Assembly (NCBI GenBank): GCA_963674865.2 | Contig: CAXXYE010000004.1 | Span: 288,001-352,000, forward strand | DNA from: Candidatus Hydrogenedentota bacterium | GTDB taxonomy: Bacteria > Hydrogenedentota > Hydrogenedentia > Hydrogenedentales > SLHB01 | Length of the DNA: 64,000 bases | Direction of reading: 5' to 3' | Part shown: piece after piece, positions 29,320-39,310 of the stretch | Numbering within the stretch: position 1 is the first letter of the stretch | Layout: each line of letters begins with the position of its first letter | Position numbers and translations under genes: made by a program | Notes under the pieces: generated by a model | Seen by the model: only the letters and a program-made list of their open reading frames with translations | Database searches by the model: none | Told to the model about the DNA's origin: nothing

Positions 29320-30321
29320 CTAACGATTACAACGCTCGAATTCCTCCCATTCCTGCTTTAGTGTCTCCCAAGCCCCGCGTGCTCGGCCGGTGAAGGGGCG
29401 TGTGAGATCATCCCAAAGCTCGATCCGCCTCCGCACCCATTCGCGGCCCTTCAGCGCGGCCAATGCCTCAATCACGCCCGGTGAGCGGCGCATGCACAAG
29501 AAGCAGTAAGGATCTTCCCAACGCTCATCATCGTTCCAGTATCCCTCTTCGAGATCGCGGATGTTTTGGCAGTCTTTCCAGCACGCGGTGGTTTGGAAGA
29601 AGGTGCCGTCGACGAGGTGCTGCCTGGGCGCTTCGAGTGCGGCGCGCACGAGACACGCCGTCCCTTCGGCGATCAGCTCGTACATGCGCTCCCCTTCCTC
29701 GGCGCTCGCATGTAGGCGGGGATCCAGGCCCCACCACTCGCCGTGATCGGCAGCTATGCGGGACATGTCGACGCGTTCGGGATGCGCCGCCATCATGAAG
29801 GAGGTTTCCCACTTCGCGGCGTGATCGGCCACCTTGTAGCGATGCCTCACCACCGGTTCGAGGTCATTGATGCACAGCACCTTGGCCTGTGTATCTTCCC
29901 GCATCATGTACTCGCGGGCCGCCTGCTCGTGGGTGTTGATGTTCGGCGCGTTCGTATGGCCGTAGAAGAGCACGATGAGTTCGAACCCCAACTGCTCAAG
30001 CTGTCCGAGGAGTTCCGTGAGGTAGGCGCGCACGAGGGCTTCCGAGAAATTGATGCCGCCGTGCGGCAGCGGCTCAATGGGGCCGTGGAAAGCGCCGACG
30101 CCGACATAGGATGGCATGTGAACCAGGCCGCCGGTGCGCTGTGCGGTGCGTTTGCACATCTCGACCATTTTCAAGGTGTCTGTGCCGAGGGGATTCTGTG
30201 CGTCATGCCATTCATAAATGCCCGAGGGGACGAATACCACCGGGCACGCCTGGATACGCTCCTGAAGTTCCCCCGGCCTCAGCCTATCCATCTCCGCCCA
30301 TCCAGATGACTCAGATTCCAT
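29320..30321 (-). CDS. creatininase/creatinine amidohydrolase family protein
   Basis: Motifs VFVPSGIYEWHDAQNPLGTD, FYGH and DHAAKWETS. Confidence 0.8.
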   Translation of the reverse strand: MESESSGWAEMDRLRPGELQERIQACPVVFVPSGIYEWHDAQNPLGTDTLKMVEMCKRTAQRTGGLVHMPSYVGVGAFHGPIEPLPHGGINFSEALVRAYLTELLGQLEQLGFELIVLFYGHTNAPNINTHEQAAREYMMREDTQAKVLCINDLEPVVRHRYKVADHAAKWETSFMMAAHPERVDMSRIAADHGEWWGLDPRLHASAEEGERMYELIAEGTACLVRAALEAPRQHLVDGTFFQTTACWKDCQNIRDLEEGYWNDDERWEDPYCFLCMRRSPGVIEALAALKGREWVRRRIELWDDLTRPFTGRARGAWETLKQEWEEFERCNR

Positions 30322-30462
30322 CGTGTGGCCTCCTCTTTCCCCACTGTCATTATAGCTCCAGGCGGCCGGGGTACCAATTGTGAGACTAGCGCAATCCTCG
30401 AGCGAGTGGGAGAATCATGAATCCGAAGTGAAGGTATCTTTGTTCAACGTTCCCTCCACCGA

Positions 30463-31848
30463 CTACCATGCCAGTCTTGTCAGTAGGGCGCCACCCGGAG
30501 GAAGGCGTAACTCGACGGTGTTGGAATCTGTAGCGGCCCAGTTCTCAGCGGACGCATCGAAGATTTCAAGTTGGCCGGGGCCAATGAGGGATCGCGGAGT
30601 GGATGCCAGAAACTCTTCACGCCTGGGATGGCCCGCGCCGGCGTATGTGCGGTAGCCGAGATTGACGACGAGCGCATGGGTGGGAGAGTGCTCCTTCCCG
30701 AAATAGCCAATGATATACCCTTCGACGGGATTGCCCGGTGAGCATTCCTTCGCCGGCACTGGAGGCTCAAACCTGAAGGGCGCATCGGCAGGAAGTTGCC
30801 TTGTGCCCGCAGGCAGCATACCGGCATGGTACACCGCAATCGACTTCAGCGATTTCAATTCTCCAGCGATAGCCACGAACTCCTTGTTCACCTCTTTCAC
30901 GAAGTAATAGAGGGGTGTGGGCGAACCATCAACGAGGTACATCATCGCGCCGTCATGCTCGGGATAGCCGTACACGTAGTACGAGATGCCCTGCGATCCG
31001 TAGGCGAGCGTTGTGTTCGCTAGCCATCGCACCTCCTCACCTGTGGGTATGCGCATTTTCACTGTCCAACTGCAGGCCTGCACAATCACCATGAACGGGA
31101 TTCCGGCTTCGAGCGAGGCGTCCCTGATCTGCGCCAGGTTGAGGAAATACTTGTCACCGTCGCCCTTAACGGCGAAATGGTAGTGGTCATAGCTTAGAAG
31201 TTGCGGCTTGAACACCTCGACAAACCTGTGGACATACTCCGCGTAGGCCTTCAGATAGACGGGGTCGCCTTCGGTACCAAGCTGCTTTGCGGAGGCGTAA
31301 TTCGGGAGAAGGTTCACGTACTTGAGACGCGAGGGATCTTTTTCATCCAAGTACGCCTTCAGTCGGGCAAGAGCCTGAAATGTGGCAGCATTCGGTTCGT
31401 CTTTGAAGTGATAGGCATACACGGCGGGATGGTGTCGCACCCCTTCGACGAAGGCGTCCAGTTTGGCCTTCTCCTCGGGTATGTCCAGCGTTGCCGGATT
31501 GAGCAGAGGGCTGCTGACGATGGCCCGCAAACCGTGGCGCTGGAGGATGTCGAGTTGGCGGCGATAGTGCTCGATATCGTCAGGAGCCGCGCCTTGCCCC
31601 GTGCACCAGGCAAGGTTCCAGTTGCCCTCGGCCATCTGCGTGGCGACAGCTTCCGTCATCGGCGTGGGACCTGCCCAGTAGCTTACGATGGGCGCGCCCA
31701 TCTTCCATTGCGGAGATTGCATCATCGGTTCTCTCCCAGCCGCCGGAGCTTGGACAACACTCCGGCAGGCAGTAGCCGACAGCACCAATGCGACGGCAAG
31801 GCCTGCCATTGCCACGGCGGCAACGCGTCTTTGCTGAGCGACATTCAC
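30463..31848 (-). CDS. hypothetical secreted or lipoprotein, glycoside-hydrolase-like TIM barrel
   Basis: Signal peptide ending SATAC; motifs YHFKDEP, YVNLLP, LSYDHY and LAYGSQGISYY. Confidence 0.6.
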   Translation of the reverse strand: MNVAQQRRVAAVAMAGLAVALVLSATACRSVVQAPAAGREPMMQSPQWKMGAPIVSYWAGPTPMTEAVATQMAEGNWNLAWCTGQGAAPDDIEHYRRQLDILQRHGLRAIVSSPLLNPATLDIPEEKAKLDAFVEGVRHHPAVYAYHFKDEPNAATFQALARLKAYLDEKDPSRLKYVNLLPNYASAKQLGTEGDPVYLKAYAEYVHRFVEVFKPQLLSYDHYHFAVKGDGDKYFLNLAQIRDASLEAGIPFMVIVQACSWTVKMRIPTGEEVRWLANTTLAYGSQGISYYVYGYPEHDGAMMYLVDGSPTPLYYFVKEVNKEFVAIAGELKSLKSIAVYHAGMLPAGTRQLPADAPFRFEPPVPAKECSPGNPVEGYIIGYFGKEHSPTHALVVNLGYRTYAGAGHPRREEFLASTPRSLIGPGQLEIFDASAENWAATDSNTVELRLPPGGALLTRLAW

Positions 31849-31941
31849 TTTTGGCTCCCCGTTGAAGACGAAGAGGTGTCGGCATAGGCCCGCGCTATGT
31901 GGGACAAGCCCAAGACCTTGACTGGGACCTTGCTTCCGGCA

Positions 31942-33219
31942 TCACTTCGACTCAAACGCTACTTTCAGGCCAATCCCGGGCCAATTCACCTCGATTCCGT
32001 GATGTTCTGTAGCCGAATAGGTGTAGGGTTCGTTCACGCCCGGCTTGAGATACTCGAGCGGCACGGGAATCTCGTCAAAGCTCAGGTCGTGGTTGCCCCC
32101 GATGTTCTTGACGAGCTTCCGCTCATTGATTCCTATTGCATCCGTGAGCTTGCCGTCCCAAGTCACCAGCAGGAGCCTTGCCGCCGTGGCACGTTCCAGA
32201 TCTTCAGTGATGTTCACCTTGCAGCGGTGCGTGTTTCCGCCGCGCGAAACCCATCTTTCCGGTACGTCATAAGGCTTGCAGAGTTTAACCGACCTCCCAG
32301 TCCGTTCGAGTGCTACATTGTCCACTGCCGGGGTCAGGAAGCTCACACCATTGTTGTCCGTGATGCGTGCCATCAGCTTCATCGGCTTGTCCTGGTCCGG
32401 CACCCATTCCGTGTTCCACATCACCCGGAAGGGGGAGTGAGTCGCCGTGCCGACGTGGTGCTGCATCTCGCCGTAGCGGTAGACGTATTGCCACTGCCGC
32501 CAGACGTTATCCCCTCGGAAATTGAAGTCCTCGTAGAACGCCAAGAAATCGACCCGCTTCACCCCCGCCGGACTGGACGCCTCGGCCGTGATTGTCGGGT
32601 TCTCCGTAAGCGTTGTTCCCTCTGTGGGAAACGTCACTTGCCCAGTAGGGTGCGCGATCGTCGCCGCATAATAAACGCGGAACGTCACGCCGTAGATGAG
32701 AAACTGCCCCCAACCCCAGCCACTGTCGCCAGCCGTCAATTCAAAGGTGTTCGTGCCGCTCCGAAGACAATGCAAAGGCACCTCGACAACGGGGTACGTC
32801 ATCGTCTGATAACGGTGTGGTTTTCCGCCGGGGATGTTGATCGCTTCGGGTATTGAAAGCCACTCTCCGCCGTTCAGCCGAATCCGCTTGTCCGTTGTTC
32901 CGGCGTGGCACTGCAACAGCTCAATGCACACCTCCGCGTACACGGCTCCGTCGATGTCGTTGATCTCCACTGAGTTCACAGGATTGGGCAGAAACTCTTT
33001 GGCACCAGGATAAGTTGCGCCCGGATCGGTGACGCGTTGCCATACGATGGCGTTCACCCAGGGGCCGTTCCAATGATACTCCCTAAAGACGGCCCCGGGG
33101 GCGAAGCCCGTGACCGGAGGCGACCCGGACCCCATGTCCGCCAATGCAACTGAAGCCTGGGCAATTCCGATTAGAACCCAGCTTGCTGTGGCCATCGTGG
33201 ATACTCCCGTCCCGCACAT
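31942..33219 (-). CDS. secreted hypothetical protein with a central Ig-like domain flanked by beta-sandwich domains
   Basis: Signal-like N-terminus; PTGQVTFPTEG..ITAEAS..GVKRVDF is an Ig-like pattern; related segments VPLHCLRSGTNTF and VPLEYLKPGVNE. Confidence 0.6.
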   Translation of the reverse strand: MCGTGVSTMATASWVLIGIAQASVALADMGSGSPPVTGFAPGAVFREYHWNGPWVNAIVWQRVTDPGATYPGAKEFLPNPVNSVEINDIDGAVYAEVCIELLQCHAGTTDKRIRLNGGEWLSIPEAINIPGGKPHRYQTMTYPVVEVPLHCLRSGTNTFELTAGDSGWGWGQFLIYGVTFRVYYAATIAHPTGQVTFPTEGTTLTENPTITAEASSPAGVKRVDFLAFYEDFNFRGDNVWRQWQYVYRYGEMQHHVGTATHSPFRVMWNTEWVPDQDKPMKLMARITDNNGVSFLTPAVDNVALERTGRSVKLCKPYDVPERWVSRGGNTHRCKVNITEDLERATAARLLLVTWDGKLTDAIGINERKLVKNIGGNHDLSFDEIPVPLEYLKPGVNEPYTYSATEHHGIEVNWPGIGLKVAFESK

Positions 33220-33268
33220 TCTCGGATCTCCTCAAGACGATGCACCTAAACTGTTCACAAAGAGCGCG

Positions 33269-35506
33269 TTATCGCGGGGGTTCCCATAAGTGGACGTAGA
33301 GATTGTCTCGCCATCCGTGGCTGATGATCCCAAATCGGCCGGGCGACAGCTCGATGATCTTCGTGCCATCATGGTGCTCGAAACGATCATCCAGTGTCCA
33401 TCGCTTCCAAGAAGTGCCCGCGGGATCGGCCTTCTTGTACACAAAGAGGTTGCACCGGCTCCGATAGGCGTGGAACGGATAATGTTCCCCGCAAATGACC
33501 TCCGTCTCACCGTCGCCGTCGAGATCGGCAACGCCAATCGAGTGCGCGCAACGCACGGTGTCGATGACGTGCCGCTTCCAAGGGCCGTTGGCGCTGGAAC
33601 CGGGGTTTTCGAACCAGGCCAAGGGCGACCACGGCACAATCTTCTTGGGATAATCCATGACTTCCTGGCCCAGGATCACGTCGGGCCGCCCGTTGCCTGT
33701 CACGTCCATTGTGGCGACCCGGGCGGGATAGAAGTCTTCCCGATCCGCGATCAGGCGGGTTTTGAACTCGCCATTTCCCAGATTCTCCAGCCACCAACAG
33801 CCTGCTATGACGTCAAGGAGGCCGTTCCCGGTTACGTCGCACGCGAGCATTTCTTCGCCGTAGAGGATCTCGGCCAGCGGGCGTTTGGGCCAAGGGGCCG
33901 AGGCCGGGTCGTCGGGGATCTCCCAGAGTTCGGGATAGTGAGGAACGGCCCCTTGTTCGACGGCGTGGGCGCTGTGGTAAGTTGTCAAGAGGGCCAGTCT
34001 GCCGTTAGGGAGTATGGGCGCAACGACCGACCCGTGGGGCCAATCCCCAATGCCTTTGCCGATCGCATGTCTTTCCCATTTCCCCGAGAGCGGATCGACT
34101 GGCTTGAGCCAGCACAGTTCATTGGAGAGCCAATTGGGCCTCTCCTCATCCTTCCTCTTCGCTGTGGCGATGAGTTCCTGCCTGCCGTCCCCGTCGATAT
34201 CGTAGGCATTGATGACTTGGCAAATTCCCGGTATTAGGAACTTCTCCCAAGTGGGATTCTTGTACCACCACTTGGCACACACGACGTCATCTATGCCGTC
34301 ACCATCCACATCCACCGCGAGGATGTCGGTTCCCGTTTGGGCTTTGTCCCTATCGATGAAGACGTGGCTGTAGAGAGCAATTGGCGAGGGTGAGTCGACA
34401 TGGTGATACACCTGGACTTTCGAGACCCAATGTTCCTTGCCGATCACTTCCTCCACGCCGTCCCCATCGATATCGAGGAGCAGGGCCTCATGGGTGCCGG
34501 CGCCTTGGTACAGTATCTCGCGATTCCACGTGGCCCCGTTGTCCTTTGAACTGTAAAGCATGACACGTGCGTCGTGGTTGCATTCCTGCTCCCAGCCGCC
34601 TCGGGCCATTTCGGCAACCATGATCCGTACCTCGCCTGTGTCGGGACAACGGTTCGCGCAAAGCGAATGTCCATAATAGATACGGTGTTCCAGGTGATGT
34701 TCGAGCCAAGGTTGGTCGGGGGTCTCTACCATGCGATTCTCAAACCACGACAGGTCGCCGTCGAGGTACTCGGAGTCGACAATAACGAGGTCCTGCCTCC
34801 CATCGCCCGTGATGTCCACCGCTCGCACGCGGCACATCTCGCGCGCGTCCGGCGCCACCACTATCGAGCGCCACGGCCCAGAGAACGGCCCCGCCTCCGG
34901 CTGTAGGTAAAGTCGCACGCCGGACGCTATCTCGAGTTTCCCGTCGCAATTGAAATCCGTTGCCGCCAGCCCCTCCTCGACAACGCCTTGCTGAACCACG
35001 TGACGGCGCCAGGGCCTTGTCGGGTCGCCATCGCGTTTATAGATGAAAAGGCCCGGTACCGGGCAGTAGCAGGCGTTGACGATCAGCTCGTTTTCACCAT
35101 CGCCGTCAACGTCGGCGAAAAGCACGTCATGCCCGTCGCCGGTGGGTGCGTCGTCGATGACGTGCATTGTCCAAGAGCCCGACACATCCTGGTCGAACTT
35201 GAACCACGCGATCACGGGATTGCCGCCCGGCGGGGTAAAATGGCAGGCCAACTCGGAATTGCCGTCACCATCGATATCTTCGATGGCCAGTCCAACGTGG
35301 GCGCCACCCTCCGCCACTATGCCTCGCTCGGCAGTACCTGCGCGGTACCAAACAAGAGCGTCGCCACCTCCGGTGAACATCTCCATGCGGCCGTCATTAT
35401 CTACGTCGCCCACGGCCAGGCAGTTCAGTGCCCTTATGCGGCCGGAAGGTGTGTCCGCGTCGACAATGGTCAACTCCCATTGCGGGTCCGTGATCTTCCC
35501 TACCAT
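33269..35506 (-). CDS. FG-GAP/VCBS repeat protein (probable tandem beta-propellers)
   Basis: About ten DxDGDG/DxTGNG-type repeats. ATG at 35506 follows GAGAGGAG. Confidence 0.85.
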   Translation of the reverse strand: MVGKITDPQWELTIVDADTPSGRIRALNCLAVGDVDNDGRMEMFTGGGDALVWYRAGTAERGIVAEGGAHVGLAIEDIDGDGNSELACHFTPPGGNPVIAWFKFDQDVSGSWTMHVIDDAPTGDGHDVLFADVDGDGENELIVNACYCPVPGLFIYKRDGDPTRPWRRHVVQQGVVEEGLAATDFNCDGKLEIASGVRLYLQPEAGPFSGPWRSIVVAPDAREMCRVRAVDITGDGRQDLVIVDSEYLDGDLSWFENRMVETPDQPWLEHHLEHRIYYGHSLCANRCPDTGEVRIMVAEMARGGWEQECNHDARVMLYSSKDNGATWNREILYQGAGTHEALLLDIDGDGVEEVIGKEHWVSKVQVYHHVDSPSPIALYSHVFIDRDKAQTGTDILAVDVDGDGIDDVVCAKWWYKNPTWEKFLIPGICQVINAYDIDGDGRQELIATAKRKDEERPNWLSNELCWLKPVDPLSGKWERHAIGKGIGDWPHGSVVAPILPNGRLALLTTYHSAHAVEQGAVPHYPELWEIPDDPASAPWPKRPLAEILYGEEMLACDVTGNGLLDVIAGCWWLENLGNGEFKTRLIADREDFYPARVATMDVTGNGRPDVILGQEVMDYPKKIVPWSPLAWFENPGSSANGPWKRHVIDTVRCAHSIGVADLDGDGETEVICGEHYPFHAYRSRCNLFVYKKADPAGTSWKRWTLDDRFEHHDGTKIIELSPGRFGIISHGWRDNLYVHLWEPPR

Positions 35507-35852
35507 TATGTTCTCCTCTCCCGTTCCGCCCTCATTCGCCGACACAAGAAGACATGCCACATCTTGACAACAATTATGGGCGTTGCCCCTGAGGTTCGCA
35601 AGGCACGGCTTGACGCGCTGTTACGTGCGTTGGTTATGTGGCAGATGAATCCCTGAAGGCCAAGGATGGCAGGTGCCGCGCCGCTCTCGCGGTTCTTGGA
35701 TCAGTCAAAGCCACAGAACGCCACGAAGATCTGTGGAGCTTTCATCGTTGTCTAGAAACCGTCCTCAATCACCTGTTTCCCGGTGTGCTCACAATGCTAT
35801 TCTTAGCGCCGCACGGGGCGTGCTCTGCGAAACAGAAACAAGGAGGCACGGC

Positions 35853-37157
35853 ATGGCGGACAAACGCAGTTTGAGTCGGCGCGCATTTCTCGGTAATGGG
35901 GGCAAAACGCTCCTCGGAGGGCTGGGACTGGCCGCTTTCGCTCCCGCAAGGCGAGCACGGGCGGCGCGCGTGGGGCCGAATGACAAGGTGCGCGTGGCGC
36001 TCATCGGCTGCGGCGGCATGGGTAGCCGCCATCTCGAAGCGCTCGCGGTGAACGAGCAATGCACGGTGGTAGCCGTCTGTGATGTATTCAAGCCACGCTG
36101 CGAGGCGGCCATGCGGACGGCGGAATCGATAACGGGCCGGCCGCCGGACGGCTACCAGGATTTCCGCTATGTCCTCGACAGGAGCGATATCGACGCTATC
36201 TTCGCCCCGACGCCGGATCATTGGCACCCCCTGCTCACCATCATGGGCTGCGAGGCCGGTAAAGATGTGTACGTCGAGAAGCCGGCGTGTCCCACGGTGA
36301 GAGAAGGCCGGGCCATGGTGGAAGCGGCGCGGCGCTACGGGCGGGTGGTGCAACTTGGCACCCAGCAGCGCTCGATGCCGATATTCCAGAAAGCCATGGA
36401 GATCGTGCGGGGCGGGCAGCTCGGCCAGATCACGTCCGCCACGGCCTGGGTGGGCGTCAATGTCTGGGGCGTGGGGGAGACGCCCGGCCAGGTTCCTGAG
36501 GGGCTGGACTGGGATTTGTGGCTGGGGCCGTCGCCGAAGGTTCCCTATTCGCCGCAGCGTCAATACGGCCATATGGGCTGGCATGATTACGCGCGCGGGG
36601 GCCAACTCACGAACTGGGGCGTGCACCTCATGGATATTCTTCATTGGGGGATCGGCCAGGATCGCCCGCTGAGCGTTCAGGCGACGGGCGGCAGCTATCG
36701 CGGCTCCGCGGGCGCGCAGAACTACGAAACCATCGAGGCTATCTTCGAGTATCCGGGCTGCACCGTTACGTGGGAGCAGCGCCACTCGAATCTGTATGCG
36801 ACGAATCGCGGTTATGGCATGAAGTTTCAGGGCACGGGCGGGCAATTGCTCGTGGATCGCAATAGCTTCGAGGTTATTCCCGAAGGCGCGGGGATTCCCA
36901 AGTACATTGGCGAGCCGGAGAAGAGCTGGGCGTGTCCCGAACACCATAATGACTTCTTCAACAGCATCCGAACGCGCCGGCGGCCTGCGGCCGATATCGA
37001 GCAAGGCGTCCGTTCGACAACGCCCGTCTTGCTGGCCGGAATTGCTCTAAAGGTAAGGCGGAAGCTGAATTGGGACGGCGAGATGGAGATATTCATCGGC
37101 GATGAGGAGGCAAACCGCCATCTGGCGCGGGCGTACCGCGCGCCGTGGCACTTCTAG
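35853..37157 (+). CDS. Tat-exported Gfo/Idh/MocA family oxidoreductase
   Basis: SRRAFL twin-arginine signal; motifs IGCGGMG, TPDHWH, DVYVEKP, QLGTQQRS and DWDLWLGP; RBS AAGGAGG. Confidence 0.93.
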   Translation: MADKRSLSRRAFLGNGGKTLLGGLGLAAFAPARRARAARVGPNDKVRVALIGCGGMGSRHLEALAVNEQCTVVAVCDVFKPRCEAAMRTAESITGRPPDGYQDFRYVLDRSDIDAIFAPTPDHWHPLLTIMGCEAGKDVYVEKPACPTVREGRAMVEAARRYGRVVQLGTQQRSMPIFQKAMEIVRGGQLGQITSATAWVGVNVWGVGETPGQVPEGLDWDLWLGPSPKVPYSPQRQYGHMGWHDYARGGQLTNWGVHLMDILHWGIGQDRPLSVQATGGSYRGSAGAQNYETIEAIFEYPGCTVTWEQRHSNLYATNRGYGMKFQGTGGQLLVDRNSFEVIPEGAGIPKYIGEPEKSWACPEHHNDFFNSIRTRRRPAADIEQGVRSTTPVLLAGIALKVRRKLNWDGEMEIFIGDEEANRHLARAYRAPWHF

Positions 37158-37192
37158 CCGAGTCGGCCGGTTCAATCAGGGGAGGCGTGGGA

Positions 37193-39280
37193 ATGTATAG
37201 ATGTTTGCGACTTGGTTTTGCCGCGTTGCTGGCGGTTCTATGTGCATCTGCCGCCGTTGGCGCACCGAATCTGGATGCTTTGGTGGGACAATTGTCGGGT
37301 GAGGACGAACTGGCCCGCGCCGAAGCGCGCCAACTTCTTCCCCGGGCAGGAGTGCAGGCCGTTCCTCGGCTGTTGCCGCTGTTGGCCGACTCCGACGCGC
37401 GCGTGTGGTGGGCGGCGTTCAACGTCCTGTCCGACATCGGCAACGAGGTCTCGGCGCCGGGGAGGGATAAGGAGCGCGCCGTTGTGGCGGACTACCTGAT
37501 GGAACTTCTCGCACCGGAGCAGCCGACGGAGGTGAAGCTCCGGGGACTTCGCCTTTTGCCCGTGGTGGTGCCTGAAGGGCACGACATTGGCCAGATGAGG
37601 GCGCTTCTGAGCGACTCCGAGTTGAGGGAGAGGGCACGCGTGGCGCTCGAGGAGACGGCCACGGCGAACGCGTGCCGCGCTCTTCGCAAGGCCCTTCGCC
37701 GGGCTGACGCGGATTTTCAGTGCGCCCTCCTCAACTCGCTGGGCCGGCTTCAGGACGGCAAGAGCCTCTCCACGATTCGACGCTACACGAAGAGCGATGC
37801 GCCGAGGGTGCGTGCCGCTGCTGTCCGCGCACTCTCGTGGGCAGGCGACGCGGCCTCCGTAAAGGCGGTGAGGTCCGTGTATGCCGCTGCCGACGCCGAA
37901 ACGGCCTTTGACGCTGCCGACGCCATGATCCGGTGCGCCGATGCGGCCGCCTCGATGCATGGCGACATTCAGACGGCTACGGCCATATATCGGGAAGTGT
38001 TGGCGACAAGTTCCCACACCGCGTGCCGCGGGGCGGCTCTGGTAGGCCTCGTACGCCACGGCGACGACTCCGCAGCCGATGCCATTGCCGCGGCGCTGAA
38101 TGCGGAGGGCGGCCGCGAACTGGAGCCTGCCGTATTGGCGGCGTTTGAGCATTCCGAGGGAGAGGACGCACAGGACCTCATGCTCGAACTGTATCCCGTG
38201 TTGTCGGAGGAAATGCGCCTGGGCCTTCTAGGCGTGTTCGGCAGGAAGCAGGTACCGATGTTCCTCGATATTCTGAAAGAGGCCGCTCGGGCACCCGCAC
38301 CGGACTTACAGGCTGCGGCGATAGCTGCGCTGGCCGATTCAAGGTTGCCGGAGGCCGTACCTGAATTAGTGGCAGTGGCCGAGCGCCTTCAGGGACAGGA
38401 GCAGGCCGAAGCCGTTCGCGAATTGAAGCGTCTGGCGGACGCTCTGGCCAATGATGGCAAGAAGGAGGACGCGGGCGCGGCCTTTCTCGGACTCTACCGC
38501 GTGGCCGATTCCTACGAGGAGCGCCGGCATGCGCTCGACGGTGTCGCGCGGTTCCCAACAGCCGAGTCCTTTGACGTGGTGATGGAAGCAATTGACGCCG
38601 GTGAATTGACGGGCCCATCCGCGGCCACGCTATCGACGCTCGCCAAGGGACTCATCGACGCCGGACGCGACTCCGAGGCGGAGCGTGCCATTGCGCTTTT
38701 GATGGCACAGGCAAAGACGCCGGACGCCATCGGGGAAGTCATCCGCGTTTCTCAGCGTGGGGGGGGGATTCCCAATCTGGCGAACCGGCTCGGTTTTGTG
38801 ACGTCATGGCTTATCGCCGGGCCATTCCCCTGGAATCCAAGCGAAGGATTCAAAGCCAGTCGCGTGAATGAGCCCGACATCGATACGCAGGCTGTGTATG
38901 AAGTCGACGGGAAAAGCATTTCGTGGAGGCCGTTCACGACACCGGATAGCGCGGGCGTAGTGAACCTGGCCGCCATTCTCGGTGGGGAGAGCAATACCAC
39001 GGCCTATGGCGTCACCCATATCGAGGTAGATGCCGATATCCAGGCCGTGGCGCGCATCGGCTCCGATGACGGCATCAAGCTGTGGGCCAACGGCGTCGCG
39101 ATCCATGAAAACAACACGAGCCGCGGCGTTCAGATGGATCAAGACAAGGCGCCGGTGCATCTGAAGGCCGGCAGGAATACGCTACTCGTCGAAGTGACAC
39201 AAGGCGGAGGTGGCTGGGGATTCTGTCTGCGCCTGACGGAGCCTGACGGCGCGGCTCTGCGCTTTAGCTCCGTCGAGTAG
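37193..39280 (+). CDS. secreted HEAT-repeat protein with a C-terminal beta-sandwich (PA14/galactose-binding-like) domain
   Basis: Signal peptide, many Ala/Leu-rich helical repeats, and C-terminal WLIAGPF..GSDDGIKLWANG..LKAGRNTLLV. Confidence 0.8.
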   Translation: MYRCLRLGFAALLAVLCASAAVGAPNLDALVGQLSGEDELARAEARQLLPRAGVQAVPRLLPLLADSDARVWWAAFNVLSDIGNEVSAPGRDKERAVVADYLMELLAPEQPTEVKLRGLRLLPVVVPEGHDIGQMRALLSDSELRERARVALEETATANACRALRKALRRADADFQCALLNSLGRLQDGKSLSTIRRYTKSDAPRVRAAAVRALSWAGDAASVKAVRSVYAAADAETAFDAADAMIRCADAAASMHGDIQTATAIYREVLATSSHTACRGAALVGLVRHGDDSAADAIAAALNAEGGRELEPAVLAAFEHSEGEDAQDLMLELYPVLSEEMRLGLLGVFGRKQVPMFLDILKEAARAPAPDLQAAAIAALADSRLPEAVPELVAVAERLQGQEQAEAVRELKRLADALANDGKKEDAGAAFLGLYRVADSYEERRHALDGVARFPTAESFDVVMEAIDAGELTGPSAATLSTLAKGLIDAGRDSEAERAIALLMAQAKTPDAIGEVIRVSQRGGGIPNLANRLGFVTSWLIAGPFPWNPSEGFKASRVNEPDIDTQAVYEVDGKSISWRPFTTPDSAGVVNLAAILGGESNTTAYGVTHIEVDADIQAVARIGSDDGIKLWANGVAIHENNTSRGVQMDQDKAPVHLKAGRNTLLVEVTQGGGGWGFCLRLTEPDGAALRFSSVE

Positions 39281-39310
39281 GCCTTTGGTGGGCACCTGCT
39301 ACCGGCCTGG

